A stretch of 64,000 nucleotides of DNA from Azolla caroliniana (GCA_043228905.1 JBHGNT010000011.1:3906001-3970000); one strand, 5' to 3'. Shown: positions 23,580 to 35,856, numbered from the stretch's first letter. Numbers and translations: made by a program. Notes: generated from the letters alone by a model not told the origin.

Positions 23580-26500
23580 CAATGTCATTTTCTTCTTCAT
23601 TTCTTATAGAAGTTTCTTCGGCTATACGTGCATTGTCTTCCCATGTTAGCAGAGCCAACGTAATATCTTCTATAAGCTCATCATCAAGCTCAATTAGCTC
23701 CCCCGGTTCCCGGCTAATGGAGGAATAGGCTCTTGCAAAGCAGGTTGAAACCTTTTGGTATTAGTGAGGTGCTTTGCACCGACCTCCTCGTCCTGGTCTG
23801 AGCACTCCCACAAAGCCTTAATCCTCATGTTTATAAATTTAACTTGCTCCTCTTCCTTCTCCAATGCAACTATGTTTCTGAAGAGCTTCAATGCACATGC
23901 AGACGTTGTCCATGTGAAGAAAGCAACAAGAAGAATTAGTTTTCAAACAAAAAAGAATCAGTACTGGTTATCTCAAGAATGTAAACCTAGTTCGAGGAAT
24001 ACCTGTGCCAGAAAAGAGGTCTAATATCCAATCTCCTTCTATAGAAAACATCTCGATCAAGCGCATCATAAGTCGTTGAGGTTTTTGGTATGGGTTGACA
24101 AGTCCCTATTCTGTCTGGTGACATGTCGCAATTTCCGTGTCACTGCTAGATATACCAGTAGATTTGAACCTCTGACTTCATTAGAATGCTCCTTGATTCT
24201 TTGTTTCTTTATTTCATTGAAGTAGCCAATCGTAATGTATTCAATGGCATTTATGAACCGAAAGGTTGGCCCTCTATTGACATTGGTTTTTATCCTATAA
24301 CAAATATTGCATTGAGTTAAGAATAGACTGAACAAAATTAAGAAAGGCAATATAGTGAATGAGACTTATAAATAATCCTTACCATGCAAGGTTCTCGATG
24401 TCATGGCAACGAGACCTCAAAGCTTGAGCTATCGAGTACCCTTGGTCCATATTATGAAAGACAACTATCCTCCACAAGGATGCAATCGTTAGCTTAGCAA
24501 AATCCTTGACCATCTTCTCTAGTTGTTTGAACCTAAAAGGTTCATCGTCGTATGATGACCCTGCCATTCGAAATTTGTATGGAATATCAACAATCATTAG
24601 CATATATTCCTTCTTTGGCACTTTTTGGATCATGTCAACGACATTGCCGCAAATCACGTTGTAGTAAAGATCTCTAGTAATGTCCTTTTTGTGGCTAATT
24701 TTTTTGAAGGAGCCATCTTCCTCAATTTCGTACACCTTGACTAAGTGACAATCCTTTTCTTTTCTGGCTCTCTCGAGATGTGCAAGGAAGGATGTTGGGA
24801 AATCATGTATATCCTTAACTTCTCTTGGTTTCTTGCCACGACACGGTTTCTAATAGAAGCAATAAGACATCAAGTATAATTACACAACCTCTACATATGA
24901 GGAAAACTTAATGAAAAACACCAATACTAACCCAATCCTTGAATGCAATAAAATACTCGGATAACGCCTTATATGAAGACGTTAGAGGATAATCCCTGGT
25001 CACTTGTTCCCAAGTTATACATCCAAGTTGTTTCATCATAACTTCTTGGATCTTCATGTACACCTTATGACTGTGAAATTAGAAACAAGATTAGAACATT
25101 CAATTGCACCATATTGAATTCAATATCACTATTTGAAAGACTTACTTATTGAACTCAGTGACCATTTCGTCAAGGCTTAATTCTTTCGCCACAACCCTTG
25201 ACAAAACAAACACAAGAAGCTGCTCATCCTTAATACCTTGCATCACTCTCCATAGAGACAGCTTCATGTCGTCAACCGCTTCTTCAATTGTCAAATCAAT
25301 TTTCTTGGCCGCTTGTGACTTTAATTCTAGCTGAGGGTCTACCTTACATTTCTTTTGTTGTTGACCCTTGACCTCCTGATTCTCCCACATTGAGAATATT
25401 TGATCTTGTAGGTCCCATACTTCTCCATCTCTAAAGGCAAGTTGAAACCAGGACTCGTATATTCTGAAGACCATCCGACTTAACATTATCATCCACCACA
25501 ATGCCGACCTCATGAAGGCATTGACGTCATAGGCTGGGGTGTAGCTTCACACCAAACTTTTGTTTGACATCCAGGTATTCATGGTGGAAGAACCTTATCC
25601 GTTCAATAGATGACATTTTCTGCCTATAGTCGTTGTCATTGTTGTGGTTCTATGCCAAAAGCTTTGCCTCTTTAGTGGTGAGGCCCGCATATATTTTGCA
25701 CTTGGCATACTTGAAGAAGAAAGTCGTTGGGTGCTCTCTAACAAGTTGCCGGCGTGCTTCAGCCGAATGTGATCCACCAATTACAAAGTAATTGTATTGA
25801 TCATGCTTTCTCACATCGAAGTCCTCAGTTGTGGAACATTCTTCGGGATCTACCATCACAATGAAAGGCACAACTATAGCATGCAGATTTATTTTCATTT
25901 TTTTCTTGAGATTCTGACCATGCATTCGGTGTGGCTCTTTGATCTCAAGTGGTCTTCGTCCTGTTTTTACATCTACTGGGGGCCGATAGATGTGTGTTAT
26001 AGGAAAATTAAACACTTGCCCTTTTCTCACGAGTTTGCGGTGCATTAACTTTCTCCGTATCTTATTCTGCTCGGATGAGAACACACTAGATGCCAGCTCA
26101 GCACCTGGCATCCCCCTAGTGTCCTCATCTTTGGTTGAGCTTGATGATTCGGAGTCCGGCATTCTAGTGGTCTTCTTTTTTACTGGTCTTGATTGCACTT
26201 TACATGCCCTTTTTGGGGCCTTTACTGGGGAGGGAAAGGGCTCCTTAGAGTTACATGGCCTTGTATATAAGGCCTCAAGGTGACAATAAGATTTTGTGAG
26301 CTTTATAGATCTTTTTTAAAAGATTTTGGCCCACAAGATTCCTTTACTAGTCGATCTTCAGAAAGGTACACTTTACGTACCCCCTTTGAGCACTCTATAA
26401 TTACAAGAATGTTGGTTGAATCTAAATCTTCGTAGTCAAATCGTAAAATAAGGTCATACATAAATGCATTGTCTTTTTCAAGCTAACTGTCGCCCTTTTT

Positions 26501-26783
26501 CTTTGGCGTATACAACACGACTTTTTTCTTGGAGTCGACGTAGTACATGCACCATTCCTTGTCTGTTAGATCACGGTCAAGAAGGTCCTCGCCACTAGTA
26601 GCACCTAACATTTCCTTTTAGCTAATTTTGTCTGATGGTTGAGATTTTGTCTCCTCGTTGAAGAGAATGTTTTTCCCTCTCTTCATGTTTTGAGGAACTA
26701 TTTATTTCTGGGTCTCCATTGGAGAGCCCTGAATTCAGAGCTTGATTTTCTTCACAGGTCGGTCCGACAACTTCTCAAACGAC
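23580..26783 (-). pseudogene. ParB-like domain + beta-class N6-adenine/N4-cytosine DNA methyltransferase (N6_N4_Mtase-type), multi-exon, disrupted
   Basis: Approximate exons 26783-25146, 25070-24932, 24849-24383, 24293-24003 and 23911-~23580. ParB-like motif VPFIVMV..YFVIGGSHSAEARRQL..GLTTKEAKLLA. MTase motifs ICGNVVDMIQKVPKKEYMLMIVDIPY (motif IV), NPYQKPQRLMMRLIEMFSIEGDWILDLFSGTG and TTSACALKLFRNIVALEKEEEQV (motif I). Contains stops, a frameshift and one mutated acceptor. Confidence 0.8.
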
Positions 26784-27304
26784 CTATTTAAGAAAGGACG
26801 TGCGAAAATATAAGTTAGTTGGTTCCATAGATTTAGGTTAATTACCTATTAAAATATACATAAGCAGACCAAGACAAAAACTAGCAAGCAACTTGTGCTA
26901 AACTCTAAACATCAATCATAAATTCTGTGAACATGATAGACCTTTATTATGAATTTAAATTTAGTAATGACTATTCAACTTCGAAAATTATAAATCTTAA
27001 TAATTTTACAAGGATATGTATCATATTGGAGGATAGGTATGGTTTATATTGATTCCATATCCCATATTGTAGAGAATTTTAATACGATAGGTTTGAATTT
27101 GGTATCATAAAGGTAATTCGTGTGTTATTTTCTATTATTTTAAGCTATTATAGGTCATACAACTGGTTTCAATAAGGGCGCTAAATGTTACAAAATGTAG
27201 CAAATTTCGCTAAAAATGTCTGAATGGAACATAAAATTGGTATCTTTTCACACATATATCAATAAGTTCCCCCAAAGACACATTATTCCTTTTTAAAAAG
27301 AGGG

Positions 27305-27530
27305 TTTTATACAGAAACTCGATACGGCGTATCGAGTTCCTATTTAAAGTGGGGGATTTAAATAGGAACTCGATACGCCGTATCGAGTTCCTGTATAAAA
27401 CACTCACTTTAAACAGGAACTCAATACGCCATATTGAGTTCCTGTTAAAAACCCTCCCTTTTTACAGAAACTTGATACGATGTATCAAGTTCCTGTTTAA
27501 TAAAAGTGTTTTATACAGGAACTCGATATA
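27305..27530. repeat. Array of 4.5 palindromes, consensus ACAGGAACTCGATACG-N-CGTATCGAGTTCCTGT, period about 52 bp
   Basis: Directly visible between the divergent MTase and transposase genes. Confidence 0.9.
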
Positions 27531-27632
27531 GGGTAGATCTAACGTGGAGATGACGATTGGTGCTACGTGGTTTGGGCTCTGTGTGCTCGTGTGCTCTGTT
27601 TTGCGCGTGAGTGATCGCGAAATGAGGGGGTC

Positions 27633-27646
27633 TTCCTATTTATAGG
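27633..27646 (-). promoter_or_regulatory. Putative TATA box for the MTase gene
   Basis: The reverse complement ccctataaatagga lies upstream of a GC-richer 5'UTR-like stretch and the palindrome array. Confidence 0.35.
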
Positions 27647-28568
27647 GATTGACCACTGTGGTTAAAGTAACCACAATTACTTTAACCATGGTTGGTAAGC
27701 TTAAGGTTAGTTAGTTAAACTTAAGAGAGAGCTTCTTTGACCTTAGACATAATTTTGAATTTATACCAATGATTGGGTATTGAAACAAATATATTAATGA
27801 TTCTCTAATGGGTTTTAATTAAATAATGTTTATGAATGAATTAATGATTAAATACTCAAACTAACATATTAATGATTATTTTATATTTTTGATTGCCTTT
27901 GAAGGTCATAAATAAAACAATGATTGAATACTCAAAGCAACATTTTTATGACTCTCTAATGTTTTGTATTAAAGATGTGGCCATGAATGAACCAATGATT
28001 GAAAAGGCTTACATTTAAAATGGTGGGCATGAATGAACCAATGATTGAGAAGTTCTATATTAAATATGGGTGCCATTAATTAACTAATGATTTTAACTTT
28101 AAACCAACATATATATGGCTTTGGAATGATTGTAAATATATACAATATGTATATAAAAATTAAATGTATATAATATATTTATACTATATACTTAATGTTT
28201 AGGAGTGCCAAGTAGGCTTACATGTGGAAAATATTATTGCCCTAATGATTGGGATTAAACTTACATATTTTTGCCACCATATATTTAGTAATATTATACT
28301 TGATGGCTAAAGTAAATTTAATTTAAATTATATACTATAGGATTAATAAGGTATAAAATATAATTGATAGACGTTTGACTAGTTTAAGTAGTTATTAATA
28401 TGTTCAATAAAATTATTATATTAAAAATAATATCTTTCTTTATTGTATTAATATAATATTAAATAGTATAGACATTATATTGAGGGAGCTTATGTTTAGA
28501 GAGGAGCTTATCATTTTTTATATTAGCCCAAGCACATAACTTGAAGAGCTCTATGTGGACCTTAAGCC

Positions 28569-31350
28569 ATGAGTGAAGACTCACCGTTCTCGATTGAAGA
28601 ATATTGTTTGTCATCAGACTCTTCGTTTTCTACCGAAGAGTATTGTCTGTGGACAAACTCACCATTTTCTATCGAAGAATATTGTTTGTCGACATACTCA
28701 CCCATTTCTACCGAAGAGTATTGTCTGAGCTCATCTTCACCTAAAACACATGTGAATAATGACACATGTGAAGAGTTCTCTATTGAAGAATATGATATTA
28801 ATAAAGATACGGAGAATGAAGGTAGTGCCAATGAAACATCGAAGATCATGGCCGATGGTGAGAACAAAGAATTGGATTGTAACAAGGTTACCCCAACTTT
28901 TATGTAGGAAGAGACATTTGGAAGCCCTATGCATATTAAAAGAATCCCACGTAGAATTCGTCTGGCCAGATTTAACTTGGTGACATCAGATAAGCAGATT
29001 GTATTTGATGTCAACAAAACATGTTGTGCCCATGGTTGTATGTCTATGATTGGAATATCAAAGTTGCGAGAATTAAGGCGATACTATTTTTCTATGACTG
29101 GTGATGAGCAAGACACTTACCTTGGGTCACATATGCAACTAGTGTCTGACAAATGTACGGGGATTAAAGTATCATTCGAGTATTATATCTTCCATGCACA
29201 ACAAATCTGTAGAGTTGCCTTCAAAATTGTGTTATGTGTTAGTAACATGTGGCTACATAGAGTACAACAACGTCTACTTAGCGGGGATCAGATGCTAAAT
29301 TGTAAAGAGGTTCCAAGTATGAAAGGTGCAATTGGAAGACATGTTATTGGTTGGATGAAAAGTTACTTTCAGTTAAATTGTGAAGTAATGCCCACTACAG
29401 GTAGGATGCACCTCTCTGATAATTACACACGTCGGGAAGTTTATGATGTCTATTGATTAGATATGGTGGGCTTAAGTAATAAATCTGTCACATATAGCCA
29501 ATTCACAAGATTATGGAGAGCTCGGTTTTCAAATGTTATCATTCCGCGTAAAGTACTCATGGGGTATTGCTCCATTTGTGCAAATATTAAAAGTTTGGCT
29601 AAAGGTGCAAAGACATCAATGGAAAAGGATATGAGTAAGAAGTTACTACGAGAGCATCGTGAGGCACAATCATTAGAACGAACGAAGGCGATGCATCATA
29701 GCGAGAAGTGTTTGAAGAGGCCCGAACAATACATGTGCTTAATGATAGATGGCATGAACCAGAAGAAGAAGTGCTTGCCGCATATGCGAAGGCTCCCCAA
29801 AGACATCAATAATGAGTGCCTTGTTCAAATGCACTTGGTGGGATGCTTGGCTTATAATAGGTCTATTGGACCTCACGTCTTCATTACATACCCCAATGTT
29901 CACAATGACCCTAACCTAACAGTTACAGCGATTCACCGAGTTTTGATGTCTTGGGGCCAAATGTTCCCCCCTGTTCTATACATTCAATTGGACAATACTA
30001 CTAGAGAGAACAAAAATTCAACTGTGTTTGGTTATCTAAGTATGTTGGTCAACCAAGGATTGTTTAGAAAAGTGAAAGTCAATTTTCTTTTGGCTGGCCA
30101 CACACATGATCATATAGATAAGATGTTTAGCACATTCTCCAGACAGTTGTCTCGGCATGAGGCTTTCACATTACCAAAACTATTTGATGTCATTTGTGAT
30201 GCATATACACCACGCCCAAAAGTGTTACACTTGAAGGAGGTATATGACTTTAAGAGATATATATCAGATGGGGGTGTTAGGAATGTTAAAGTGCTCGCCC
30301 AATTAAACAATATAAGCTTCAATCACATTTTAATAATAAAGAAAAATGAAATAAGTGGTTATACACTTTTGTATGCTAAACAATATTCATCTTCTACAAC
30401 ATGGGAACTTGAAGGTGGTTGCCCATTATTACTTTGTATGCTGAGTACAATTGCCCATGGAGCTAAACAAATGCCAATTGAGAAGAAAGGACAGTTGCAT
30501 AGTGACTTGGTATCGGAACAAAAACAATTATGGCTCCAAGCCTTATAAGAAAAAGAAAGCATATTGAGGCCGCAAAGAAATATGCCACACAACAAGACAG
30601 GTCATGGTGGGATGTACTTTTTAGTGATAAAAAAGGAATTATAGACAATTGTGCATTTGGTGATAATTGGAATTTGGAAACGCCATTCACATAGTCGCTG
30701 CAACATGATCATGTAAATAAAACTCCGGAGCAAGCAACAAATGCGATTAATGACAGTTTGTTCCATCCACAACAAAGAGACATTTATGTAGGACCAAGGA
30801 TGACAAAAGCAACCAAAGCTAGATGGCAAGGCAATTTGCAAGAGCTCGCGGCGGGGATGTTGATTGCAACGCCTGTTGATGAGAACTCACATGGCCACCA
30901 ATTTTGGGTTGGTAAAATTCTAGAAGTGCTAATGCATGAAATAGAAAACACGATCAATTCTATAAAAGTTCATTGGTACAACACTAGAAGTGCAAATGCT
31001 TTTATGGGTAAGTATACATTGGAGATGATTGAATGCCCAACGACAAAGGGAGGTAGGAAGAGGAAGTGAAACATTCGTAACACCTCGACCCTTGATATCT
31101 CTGATGTGGATATCATCGTGTACGACTTCACACTTACAAAAGCCAGATGATCAAGGAAGTCAACAATAGATATAATAAAATAAAAATTACCAGGTCTACA
31201 AGGTGGCTCGAGTCGAAGGCAAACGAGATCTTCTACATATAATCTAGAGTCAAACCATTTGGTTTATGAAGAAGATAATGCATTGATTGGTACATCCGAG
31301 GATGACGAGGAGGAATCGTCATTGTATATTAGTTATAGTAGTGATTCTTC
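28569..31350 (+). pseudogene. Sola-like DDD/E transposase, broken by stops and frameshifts
   Basis: CSICANIK..H zinc-binding-like region. Catalytic-like motifs MIDGMNQ, YIQLDNTTRENKN and KVNFLLAGHTHDHIDKMFS. C-terminal FWVGKI..IKVHWY domain. Lies between TIRs with a 4-bp TSD. Confidence 0.8.
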
Positions 31351-31795
31351 GTAAAGGAGTGATCATGAATGTATTTTTGGCTATTAAGTGTAACTACATT
31401 CTGCTTGTAACAAATCGAGTAATATAAAAGCATGTGTTTTCAATTCTTATGATTTCTATGAAAATCATTTCTTATAAAATAACATTGGTTGTAAAGTTTG
31501 TGATATAAATTGAGAATGTAACTTTTTGAAATTCCTCTTTTTTTTTTTTTTTCTAAATCACGAAAATAGTGGATATTTAACCTTTTTCATAGTATATTTA
31601 AACATGTATGATACTGGTATCAATGTGTTTTGTAAAATCATTGAAAAATTACTAAAATCAATCAAAATATTCCTTATCCTTCCATTTATGCATGATCCTT
31701 CCGCTTTTGAACACGAACGTGTTTGATGTGTTATGGTTCTCTTTCACATATGTCTCCCTTCTTTACAATTGAAGATATATGCATATGACTTAAGA

Positions 31796-34700
31796 TGACG
31801 AGTGTAAGGAGTTGTCTTAGATGGAGGACTTGGTTTGTCGGGATATTGTCAATGGAAGTCCTCAATTAGAGCTCGAGCATTTGCTACATTCTCGATTGGT
31901 TCCCAACTACACTCGCTTGAACTATAGCCTAGCCCATCAACCAAATAGTAGAGCTTGTTGCGAACAATCTTGGAATCGAGGAGGGCAGCAACTTCGTACT
32001 CTGGTCCTGCTTCAAGCTCGATCGGGGGTGGAGGTGGTGTAATACGATTTGGGAATAGTGTTGTCTTGATAGGGTTTGAGGAGAGAACTATAAAAACCGG
32101 ATGTATCCGTAGTTGTAGAGATAGATCAAGACGAAAAGTGACATCGTTAATTTTTCTGATAATACAAAAAGGACCTAATCGTCGATAATCTAATTTATCG
32201 CATGGTCGAGTAGTCTTGATGTGTCGTCGTAATAGCCATACCCGATCTCCAATGTTAAAACAAAATGGAAGCCAATGACGATCTGCATAATCCTTCTGTG
32301 TTTGTTGAGCTTGATGTAAATGGGTTGATAGGTCTGGCTGTATCTTGCGTAGCCACTCCAAATGATCCTCTGCACCAGGATTTGTGGGTAACTTTGGAGT
32401 TTTGAATACACACCACCGAAGATGATAGCCTGTATAAGCATAAAATGGTGTAACCCTAGTTGATGAGTGGATAGAGTTATTATAAGAAAATTCGGCAAAG
32501 TGGAGAATATCCACCCAATCATCCTATTGATAGCTTAAGAAACACCGAGGATATTGTTCCAATGTTTGATTTGTTCGTTCTACTTGTCCGTCTATTTGAG
32601 GGTGATAGTCGGAGGAGAGGTTACAAGTGACCTTGAGCATGAAGAGATGCTTCTAGAATTTCGAGATGAATTGACGTCCACGGTCGTTGATGATACTATC
32701 TAGGAGGCCATGATGCTAAAATACCTCACGCATGATGATTTCGATGGTTTCTTCACTAGTGATTTCCTTAGTACAAGACAGGAAATGTGCCATCTTAGTA
32801 TATCGATCTACTACTGTTAAGATCGCATCGAATCCCTTTCAAACTGGAAGATTTGTGATAAAATCTAAAGAAATGGACTAGCATGACTTGCTTGGAATTG
32901 GTAATGGTTCCAATAAACCTTATGGATGATGTCTTGGCATCTTTGCTCTGCAACGTGTATCACATGTCCGAACATAGTCTTCAATAAATTGTCGCATATG
33001 AGGTCACCAAAATGATTGTTGTACTAAATTCAATGTTTTAGTACTACCAAAATGTCTAGTTGTATATGTGTCATGACAATTCTAAACTACTCGAAGGAGA
33101 CAAGAACCATTGGGAACATACAAGAGTTTCTTAAAGAATAGTAATCCATCATGACATTCGAATTGTCGATAGTCCATACCTGGTTGTTATGACTATGAAT
33201 AGGATGCCAAAGAGGGATCAATTTGTGCGAGAATGGCTTGAGTGAAAGCATCTGTCTTCAAGTCTTCACGTATGGTATTGATAATGCGGGAATCTAATGG
33301 AGTGTCAAAAACCCATGTTTCTTGCAGTCATGTTGGTCCTAGGATTACTTGCTTTTGATTATTGAATGTTGGATAACTGTGACGAGGTGCTAGATACGGG
33401 CGCCGCAATAATGCATCCGACTTCCCTTGCTACTTCCCAAGACGATATGTAATTTTGAAGTTGAAAGGAGTGAGGAATTGGGCCCACCGAGCTTGACATC
33501 AATTTAATACACGAGCATTCTAGAAGTAGGCAGGATTTTTGTGATCACTGAATACCGTGACTTGATGAGAAGATCCCTCTAGAAAATGTCTCCATTGTGC
33601 AAAAGAGTCCACTATTGCTAATAGCTCCTTGTCATGTATCTTGTAGTTGATTTCAGAGGCATCAAACTTGCACGAGTGGAAAGCCACATGATGTAGTTTT
33701 TCATCATTGCCTTGTTGTGATAGAATATGTTCGAAGAAAGTCCGATTACGACAAGGCTTAGTAGGCCACAAGAGCCCTCGCGCAACCCAAGCACGTCACG
33801 ACCAAGTCTGCATTTGGACAAAGGCAAAGGTAAGATGCCCGAATACGAAGTTGACCACCCCGACAACAGTGATTCGGATGTGTCGGTTCGCTCACTAGAC
33901 AATGAGTTTGGTGTACCCATCATGCGGACACCCGGAGCAAAGAAGGCACTCACATCGGCGAGCGAAAAACTTTGACGCTCATCTAGACCTAAGAACCTCG
34001 TCACTCAGCTCGGCTACAACGAGTACATGGCCAATCACTATGCCTTCGCGATGAAGGTAGCGACCGAACAAGAGCCCAAGAGCTCCACCGTAGTGGCTCG
34101 TAACCCACGATGGGTGGAAGTAGTCGACCTTTGCCCACACACTACACGCCTTCATCACCGGCTTGAGGGGGAGGAACCGAGATTGCCTTAGAAAGGCCGA
34201 AGAAAGCCAAAGGCTGGACGGAAGCACACGAAGCTGACGAAAGCCAAAGAAGATGTCGGACGCCTCACACTTGAGCTTGAGGGGGCGTGTTGAGAGATCA
34301 AGCTCAACTTAGTTTAGTTATTTAGTCAACCATGAAACTTCGTAGTTACCTAGATAGAATCTAGTTAGAAGTGTTCACTATAACGCCTTAAATAGGACCT
34401 CGTACTTAAGTGGGATATTCTAGATCCTCCAGTCCTAAGAACATTTAATATAGGACTTACACCTTTGTACCTATATTCAATGTACTTAGGAATGTATTTG
34501 CCGGAGATGCATTATATGACTCCCTTGCAAATGGTTTTGCTACAATCGAGGCGTATGTGGGCTCCGACCTGGTCCTTGGCATTTGTAACTAGCATTCTAA
34601 ACGTCATTCGAAAAGCCGGTTATCTTATCATACCACTCGATTGATTGCCTCTGTGAGTGACTTTAGTTCTTTGGGGAAAGTCAGGAGTAAGTCTTTGACA

Positions 34701-35856
34701 TCATTTCGTAGGCCATATCGAAATGGCTCCATCAACGCTAGGTCAGCCCAGGGAATATCGGTGGTGAGTAGACGGAAATCCGCAACGTAAGCTGAGGCTG
34801 GACGATCACCTTGATGCAATCTTTGGATTTTATTGATTGTCGTCCCAACGCTGTCGAGTGTCTCTGAAACATGCTTTAAACTCGCTAATAAATTCCTCAA
34901 AATTATTTAACAATGGAGTGAACCATGCCAAAGCTATGCCACTAAGAAATGTGCCTGCTAGTCCCACTCGTAATGCATCGGTGGGATATCAAGAAGGATG
35001 CATTTGAATCACCAGACGTACCTGATTGAGAAATCCTCTGAATGGTGATCACATTAAATTGAATTTCATAGGAAGACTGATCTTGGGTTCTTTATGAATC
35101 CCTTGAGTACTTGGCCCTTGTTGTTGCAATGACACAATGGTTGCTTCAAGTTGTTGGACACGTAATGCCAACTCCCCGTGTTGTTGTTGCGTTTGCTGCT
35201 TTTTTAGAGAGATTTGTTGAAGATCCCTAACAACCGTTGATTTTCTTGTTCTAGTGTTACAAACCTTTCTTTCAAGCACTTCAGCTCTGAGAAAGCATAT
35301 TGGTATTTGTGAGCACTAACAATTGCCATAGTATTGGAGGAAGGAAGGATAAGAAGATTAGTATGAAGGGAAGGAGGGATACGAAGCTGAAGGGAAATTC
35401 GGTTCAAACTGTTAGGGATAGTACTAGAGGCAAGGAGAATTAGTACCAAAGATAGAGGAGAAGAATGAGGATTAGTACTATGAAGGGAAAGAGTGTGTGA
35501 GAATCACGAGATGGGAAGAGAGAGAGAGAGAGAGAGATAATGATGACAACAAGAAATATATTATATTATATGAAGAAAGATACAAGAACATCTAGGGGGC
35601 TTAAGACTGGCGTCTAACTGAATTGGTTCTCAATAATGCCATGTGCCTCTTTTTATAGTGTGCTTAGGAGTATTCTTGACATTTCTAGAATGTTCCAGAG
35701 AAATCTCGAATATACATGGATTTCCTAAGTAAAGTAATAAATAAAAACAACATTTTTTGTATTACAATGTATAGCGTAATGGTAGGGCTTCAACCCATGT
35801 GACACAAGGTCATGTGTTAAAATCCTTTTGAAGCCATACTATGCTATATCATGACA
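31796..35856 (-). mobile_element. Chromovirus (Tcn1/Tf1-like) remnant: 5' LTR 35410-35856, gag, RNase H, integrase, chromodomain
   Basis: EPKISLPMKF, EINYKIHDKELLAIVDSF, KLDYRRLGPF and EYEVAALLDSKIVRNKLYYLV..WEP. The RT region is missing. Confidence 0.8.
33726..34590 (+). mobile_element. Internally deleted copia fragment with PPT and LTR (from ~34288), nested in the chromovirus
   Basis: RSSRPK..EQEPKS..PRWVE (integrase-RT linker), then ttgagggggcg|tgttgag. Confidence 0.6.

Larger units (their letters stand above)
22424..31723 (+). mobile_element. 9.3-kb cut-and-paste DNA transposon (Sola-like) with 29-bp TIRs and TGAT TSD, carrying an MTase cargo gene
   Basis: Left TIR aacacgttcgcgttcataagtggaaggat (22424-22452) matches the reverse complement of 31695-31723 at 26/29 positions. 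TGAT lies at 22420-22423 and 31724-31727. The empty site ggaaagaTGATgtgttatgg is in the paralogous LINE at about 20466-20485. Confidence 0.9.

Noticed and set aside
23580-26783. Bacterial contamination as the source of the MTase
   Set aside because: The gene has GT-AG introns and lies within TIRs and a TSD inside a plant LINE.
27305-27530. CRISPR-like array (palindromic repeats with short spacers)
   Set aside because: Eukaryotic TE context and no cas genes. The spacers are short (about 18-20 bp), AT-rich and related to each other.
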